A DNA stretch of 64,000 bases from Promethearchaeota archaeon. Its GTDB lineage: Archaea; Asgardarchaeota; Lokiarchaeia; Sigyniarchaeales; SOKP01. Below, piece after piece: positions 58,773-64,000 of the stretch; the stretch's first letter is position 1, and each line of letters begins with the position of its first letter. The notes beneath the pieces are model-generated. The model saw only the letters and a list, made by a program, of their open reading frames with translations, was not told where the DNA came from and did not search any database. Location of the stretch: positions 131,016 to 195,015 of the forward strand of contig JAUVXW010000002.1 in assembly GCA_030603385.1 (NCBI GenBank), in the 5' to 3' direction. The translations under genes were made by a program, and so were the position numbers.

Positions 58773-59909
58773 TTAGTATTTTGAAGGAGTCTTAGTTTTA
58801 ATTTTATGTTTTGGAATAGTTTTAATCTTTCTTAATTCTTTTTCAAAATCTCGTTTTTCATTTAGAAATCTTTGTTTATCTTTTTCTAGCTTTTCTCTTT
58901 CACGTTTAATGGTATTTTTTTCGTTATCTAATAATGATTTTTCTTTTGCTATTTGTTTATATTCATTATTTAGTTTTCTAAGTTTTTCCTCTAAATTAGG
59001 AATTTTTTTCGTTAATGAGTAATATGTATCTTCTGCTCGAGGAATTTTTCTTTCTAACTCTTTAAACCTTGCTTCTTGCTGTCGCTTTCTATTTTCTAAA
59101 TCCTTTACACCTCTTTCAACCTTATCCTTATAATGTTTTAAATCTGCTTTTTTCTTATCAATTTCACGAGCTTTAAGTTCTAAATCTTGCTTTGTATATC
59201 GTGTTTTTTCTCTTTCTTCTTTTAGTTTTCTCTTTGCATCAGAGATTCGATTTTTTTCATCAGTAATCTCCCTCTTTTTATTATTAATTTCCCTTTCCAA
59301 ATTATCTTTTTCTTTAGTTAAAGCCTTAACATCATTCCTTAAATCCATTAATTGATTTTCTAAATCTTTATTAGTTCTCTCTAAAGCACTTTCTCTTCTT
59401 TCCATACCAGGTAGTTTAGTTTTAATTTCCTTTACTCGATCTTCTGTTCTTGCTTTTTCTCTCTCTAAATTATTCTTTTCCTTTCTAATATCTTCACGTA
59501 GTATATCTAATTTAGCTTGAAATTTTTCTAATTGAGCATTTTTTTGATCTAAATCTTCATTCTTTCTCATGAATTTTTCTTTAAATTGCCTTTCTTTAAT
59601 AGCTAATTCATTTCTATTCTGTTCTAGCTCATTTTTCGATCTTTTTAATTCACTCCGTAAGTGATCCCTTCGCTCAATAAGATTTTTAACTTCGAGCTCA
59701 ATATCTTTTCTTTTTTTTTCAAGATCTTTGATGTTATCATTATAATTTTCAATCTGATTAACAACTCTTTCCCATTCACTCTTTTCTTTATCTAAAGCAA
59801 TTTTTTCTTTTTTTATTTTTTTTAACAATTTCTTATCTGAAATCGAATCTAATTCTTCATCAGGTGTTTTTTCTTGAATTTGATACTTAGGAATAGGTTT
59901 ATCATTCAT
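58773..59909 (-). CDS. Long coiled-coil protein
   Basis: 378 aa of near-continuous K/E/R-rich heptads. Confidence 0.75.
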   Translation of the reverse strand: MNDKPIPKYQIQEKTPDEELDSISDKKLLKKIKKEKIALDKEKSEWERVVNQIENYNDNIKDLEKKRKDIELEVKNLIERRDHLRSELKRSKNELEQNRNELAIKERQFKEKFMRKNEDLDQKNAQLEKFQAKLDILREDIRKEKNNLEREKARTEDRVKEIKTKLPGMERRESALERTNKDLENQLMDLRNDVKALTKEKDNLEREINNKKREITDEKNRISDAKRKLKEEREKTRYTKQDLELKAREIDKKKADLKHYKDKVERGVKDLENRKRQQEARFKELERKIPRAEDTYYSLTKKIPNLEEKLRKLNNEYKQIAKEKSLLDNEKNTIKREREKLEKDKQRFLNEKRDFEKELRKIKTIPKHKIKTKTPSKY

Positions 59910-60110
59910 AGGCGTTCATTTATCATCTTATTTTACTAATAAATTCATATGAATTTTAACTCTAAAGTGTTTGTAATTTAAATTTAATTTCATTTATTTG
60001 TTAATTCAACTTATATAGTTTAATTTACATTATTCTCATGTAGTTATTATAAAAAAGATCGTAGAAATTACATATAGAATTTAAATATCCAATTCAATGG
60101 TGTATATTTA

Positions 60111-60482
60111 ATGGGATTTGATAATGAATTTGATGAAGAATTAGAACTTGATGAAGATCTGGATGAAGAAATGGATCAAATCCCCGGGAAAGAAATAAAT
60201 TCAAAAACTCCTGTTGCGAAGGCTGTTCCTGAGGGGAAAAAGATTTCAGTATATTTCATGTCAACTATTGGTCCTGGTGAGAAAAAACAAAAATTACTCA
60301 TAAATTCTGGAAATATTGTTGGAGATATTAAAGAAACAGTAGCAAATTTATTTGGTTTAGATCCAGATGATTTTTATTTAAGTTCTGGGGGCGTAACAAT
60401 GGATGAACAGAACCCTTTAAAAGATTATTATGTAGATGACGGAGATGATATACTTTTAATTCCAGCAAGTATTGCTGGTTAA
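60111..60482 (+). CDS. Ubiquitin-like protein with acidic N-terminal extension and C-terminal Gly
   Basis: VGDIKETVA, FYLSSGG..MDEQNPLKDYYVDDGDDILLI; ends SIAG. Confidence 0.75.
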   Translation: MGFDNEFDEELELDEDLDEEMDQIPGKEINSKTPVAKAVPEGKKISVYFMSTIGPGEKKQKLLINSGNIVGDIKETVANLFGLDPDDFYLSSGGVTMDEQNPLKDYYVDDGDDILLIPASIAG

Positions 60483-60532
60483 ATTATTTAGAAAAAATTT
60501 TGCTTCTTATTATCCGATTCTCTTTTTTTTAA

Positions 60533-61324
60533 TTATTTTTTCTTTCTAGAGGGAATCAGAGCAATTTCGTCATCGTCATCAATATCGTAGTCTTGGATTC
60601 GTTTTCCTTCTGATAACAAGATACCCCCCGAAGATAGAAGGAAATCATCTAAATCGTAATTGAATAAAACTCCAACCTTTTCTTTGACTGCTTTTATTAA
60701 TTCGGTTGTATCAACAATTATTATCTTTGTTTTCTCGCCGATCTCGGCTAAAGACCTTATATAAACACGGATCTGATCGTTTAGATTAACTGTATTCTTT
60801 GGGGGGATATAAAATATCTCCTCATCAGTTTTATCTCTGTTCTTAAGCATGTTGTCGATTAATACTTTTCGCTCATCTTCATCAAAATAGAGCATTTCTC
60901 TAATAAATAGTATTTTGTCAAGCTTTGACAATCCAAGATAGTTTATTTTTCCCAATTCTTCCTTACTAAAAACTGAAAAAATATATTTATTGATTATTGG
61001 TATATCCTCATAAGATTCATTTGAATCAAGATATTCTTCTATTGAAGGCAAAGCCTCAAGATAATCATCAATAATTTTCTCGTCTATATTATGGATAGAC
61101 TTAGGTTTCGGTGAATATTTCTTATCTCTTATTTTATCATGTTGATAACCTTTAGATTGGATAACTGTGTAGATTGTACTAGTTGAGAGAACTGCAACAC
61201 TCCCAATTGTTAGTGTAAGAAATAACGGGGTATTATTTATACCAAATAGGAAATAACTTATGTAAATTAAAACAAAAATAGCGTAGAGAGTAATAACGCT
61301 TAATGTTCTATATTTTTTCCTCAT
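60533..61324 (-). CDS. Two-TM membrane protein with C-terminal ubiquitin-like domain
   Basis: Two N-terminal TM helices. The C-terminal domain is paralogous to the 60111 gene (GEK, DDFLLSSGG, DYDIDDDDEIALIP) and ends RKKK. Confidence 0.75.
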   Translation of the reverse strand: MRKKYRTLSVITLYAIFVLIYISYFLFGINNTPLFLTLTIGSVAVLSTSTIYTVIQSKGYQHDKIRDKKYSPKPKSIHNIDEKIIDDYLEALPSIEEYLDSNESYEDIPIINKYIFSVFSKEELGKINYLGLSKLDKILFIREMLYFDEDERKVLIDNMLKNRDKTDEEIFYIPPKNTVNLNDQIRVYIRSLAEIGEKTKIIIVDTTELIKAVKEKVGVLFNYDLDDFLLSSGGILLSEGKRIQDYDIDDDDEIALIPSRKKK

Positions 61325-61418
61325 AATTTTTTAGTTAAATTTTTTTTCTAATTTTCTAATTTTTTTTCTAATTTAAAAATACCATTGGTATAGAACAGAC
61401 TTTTTTATTTTAACAAAT

Positions 61419-62090
61419 TCATCCGCCTTGAATTGATTTCCTAACCTTATTATACTTTTTAATATCTAATTTGAATAATATTCTATTTTTGTCTTTCTCA
61501 GTTTCTACTAATTTCAGATTTTCTAGAATGGTGATGTACTTTTTTATAGTAGTGTGATTCTTTTTCATACCATTTGCTATTTCAGTGATTTTGAATGGCC
61601 GACCTTCTCTACTCAGAAATTCTATTAATTTTAGAACTATGTCTTTATTCAAATAATAGTAAAACTTATCAAGCTTTGGATTTGAATCAAACTCAAAGAA
61701 AATCCGATGGTTATTGAGTTTTTTTGATCTGACAAATTCAAATTTTTCTAAACAAGATAGGTGCCATAATGCTTGATTGCTTCCGATCTTTAGATTTCTC
61801 ATTATCTCATTAATATTAGAGGGATTCTTTTTTATGAAATTGTAGATCTCATTCCTTTTTGGATTTTCAATGATATTATTCTTCATTAATCTCGTTCCAG
61901 GAATAATCGTTTTTTTTCTTATTAACGATTTTATAATTAACTCAATTTTATTTCGGTTGATTTCGGGATTTAATCTGACACGGTTACTTATAAATTCTAC
62001 AATATCATTAATCGAAAAGAATGTCTTTTTCGTCAAATATTCTTTTACTAATTTAAAAACAATAGATTCTAAATTATCCAAGGAACTCAT
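61419..62090 (-). CDS. Tandem winged-helix DNA-binding protein
   Basis: Repeated wHTH patterns (RNEIYNFIKKNP..WHL; ITEIA..TTIKKYI). Confidence 0.8.
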   Translation of the reverse strand: MSSLDNLESIVFKLVKEYLTKKTFFSINDIVEFISNRVRLNPEINRNKIELIIKSLIRKKTIIPGTRLMKNNIIENPKRNEIYNFIKKNPSNINEIMRNLKIGSNQALWHLSCLEKFEFVRSKKLNNHRIFFEFDSNPKLDKFYYYLNKDIVLKLIEFLSREGRPFKITEIANGMKKNHTTIKKYITILENLKLVETEKDKNRILFKLDIKKYNKVRKSIQGG

Positions 62091-62398
62091 AATCCAATAT
62101 TGGTTTTTCGTTTCATTACGTTGTAATTATAGTATAAAACGCTCTCTACAACAATATTTTAAATATAATATATATTAATAGGCATCCATTCAATTTATAA
62201 TCTAATTTCTTTCGCCTTCTACTATATTCTTTTGCATTTTTAAAAATGGCTTGAAAAACTTCAAATTTTTCTGTATCATTTTTAGCTTTTATTATGTCAA
62301 ATCTTATCTTTAGGAAACGCGTTAAGTTTTATATTGAGAAATGGAAAAAGATAAGTTGAAAGAAACAATTAAAATTTTGAAGGAGGAATGCATCATCG

Positions 62399-64000
62399 TT
62401 GGAGTTTATAGAAGATTTCTCGAATAATAAGAAGTTTGATCCTAAATTTCAAGCAAAACTTAAGCCAATCTTTCATAAATTAGTGGAGTTCTATATCTCG
62501 ATAGAATTGCCTAAAAACGAGTCGAATAGATGGCCAATTAAATTTTATCTAAAATTCCATAATGATAACTTTTTTACACCATTGGCTGATGTGTGGAATT
62601 ATGACGAGTTATTTAGTGAAAAGCTTGAGAGCATTCTTTTAAAAAAAAAGAAGTTTCTAAACATGCTATTGGATTCGATGAGAATAGCAACTAAAGTATT
62701 TCCGCCATTAAACCGCGCTTTAAAGAATAAATACCCCCATAATATTGAGATGACTTCTTCTGAGGTTTCTAAGTTTCTTACCCATCCGATAGAATTACTT
62801 AAATATATTGGATTTAAGGTTCAATACCCAGCTAAATTAAGATTGACACAGAAGAGAGGTTTATCGGCCAGATTATTGATCGTGTCCAAATCATTTAAAA
62901 ATAAATCTGATTTTAGTTTGGATTCTCTAGTAGATTTCAGATGGGAAATTATACTTTTCGGAAAACCTGTAGGATTAGAGGAATTGAAAAGATTATCGAA
63001 AATGGAGAACCTGTTGATAAAATGGAGAGATAATAAATGGATTTTCATTAACAAGGAAGATCTAGATTTTTTAAAAAGGATTTACGAGAGTAATGGATTT
63101 TCTGGTAAAATTAAGGCAACAGAAGTAATAAAATTAGAGTTAATTGGTAAATACAAGAATTTACTTTTAAGAAGAGATTATAAAATTAAAATTTTAGGAG
63201 ATCTTAGAACAAAAATAAAAAATATCAAGAATAAGTTAGATTTTAAACTAATAACGACCCCGAAAGATTTCGTGGGTGAACTAAGGGATTACCAGCAAGT
63301 GGGACTTTCTTGGTTAGCGATGCTATGTGATATGGGGTTAGGCGTATGTTTGGGAGATGATATGGGCCTCGGTAAGACCATACAAATTCTAGCTTATCTC
63401 TTATACCGATTAGAGAATTATCCTAATGAAGAAGGTAGCATTTTAATCGTGTGTCCTACATCCTTATTAACTAACTGGGAGCATGAGATAATGAGATTTT
63501 CTCCCAAATTAAAGATTCTGAAATTCTATGGTCCGAATAGGGGGAATCTCCGTGATAAGAGAGACGACTTTCTTATTGCTCACCAAATAATTTTAACCTC
63601 CTACGGGGTTATAAGAAACGACATAGACTTCCTAAAAGATATAAAATTTAATGGCATCATAATTGATGAGTCGACAAATATTAAAAATTCTAAATCCAAA
63701 AGAGCCAAATCCATTTACCAATTAAAAGGGGTTTTTAGAATCGCATTAAGTGGCACGCCCATAGAAAACCGTCTCGATGAATTATGGTCGCTTTTTAATT
63801 TTCTAAATCCTGGACTATTAGGTTCATTGAGAGAGTTCAGGAAAACATTTGTCAATCCCATTGAGAATTACCAAAATGCTGAAAAAATCAAAAAACTAAA
63901 ATCAATTATAGATCCCTTCATATTGAGACGTTTAAAAGCAGACAAAAAAGTGATTAAAGATTTACCGGAAAAAAATGAAATAACGATATATATTAACCTG
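62399..64000 (+). CDS. SWI2/SNF2-family ATPase (partial, runs off the window end)
   Basis: Not in the ORF track. LRDYQ..G..WL, GDDMGLGKT, CPTSLLTNWEHE, DESTNIKN, LSGTPIEN and ILRRLK. The start is uncertain (TTG at 62399). Confidence 0.9.
   Translation, partial: MEFIEDFSNNKKFDPKFQAKLKPIFHKLVEFYISIELPKNESNRWPIKFYLKFHNDNFFTPLADVWNYDELFSEKLESILLKKKKFLNMLLDSMRIATKVFPPLNRALKNKYPHNIEMTSSEVSKFLTHPIELLKYIGFKVQYPAKLRLTQKRGLSARLLIVSKSFKNKSDFSLDSLVDFRWEIILFGKPVGLEELKRLSKMENLLIKWRDNKWIFINKEDLDFLKRIYESNGFSGKIKATEVIKLELIGKYKNLLLRRDYKIKILGDLRTKIKNIKNKLDFKLITTPKDFVGELRDYQQVGLSWLAMLCDMGLGVCLGDDMGLGKTIQILAYLLYRLENYPNEEGSILIVCPTSLLTNWEHEIMRFSPKLKILKFYGPNRGNLRDKRDDFLIAHQIILTSYGVIRNDIDFLKDIKFNGIIIDESTNIKNSKSKRAKSIYQLKGVFRIALSGTPIENRLDELWSLFNFLNPGLLGSLREFRKTFVNPIENYQNAEKIKKLKSIIDPFILRRLKADKKVIKDLPEKNEITIYINL

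Noticed and set aside
61419-61430. C-terminal GG on the wHTH protein as a Ubl-type terminus
   Set aside because: No beta-grasp domain precedes it; probably coincidental.
155-63054. Many short antisense or overlapping ORFs in the track (e.g. 155..388, 493..810, 3695..4012, 20305..20793, 52741..53181, 62821..63054)
   Set aside because: They are shadow frames opposite well-supported genes and carry no motifs.
1-64000. CRISPR arrays, tRNA/rRNA genes, transposases or integrases
   Set aside because: No regularly spaced repeats, cloverleaf or rRNA-like segments, or recombinase motifs were seen.

Overview
AT-rich archaeal chromosomal window, most likely from an Asgard archaeon (Lokiarchaeia-like). 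This is inferred from archaeal-type AlaRS, DtdA, EndoQ and RNase Z together with eukaryote-signature proteins: an Arf/Rag-like small GTPase, a longin/uDENN-like domain, two ubiquitin-fold proteins and an alpha-SNAP-like fragment. About 8-32.5 kb is a sulfur/redox region: TusA-IscS-IscU fusion, a CoA-persulfide reductase fusion, rubrerythrin, superoxide reductase, rubredoxins, Grx/FTR, two PDOs and TrxR. The best candidate for an undescribed system is the co-oriented cluster at 33.0-37.9 kb: ArsR regulator, Arf/Rag-like GTPase, MASE3/PAS histidine kinase, and a receiver domain fused to a longin/uDENN-like domain with a candidate arginine finger. This looks like a two-component system wired to small-GTPase control. 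Also notable are a convergent pair of paralogous ubiquitin-like genes (one membrane-anchored), several stem-closed intergenic RNA candidates, degenerate duplicated gene fragments and probable ATT starts. I found no rRNA, tRNA, CRISPR array or transposase. All family calls come from recognising motifs by eye; no searches were run.
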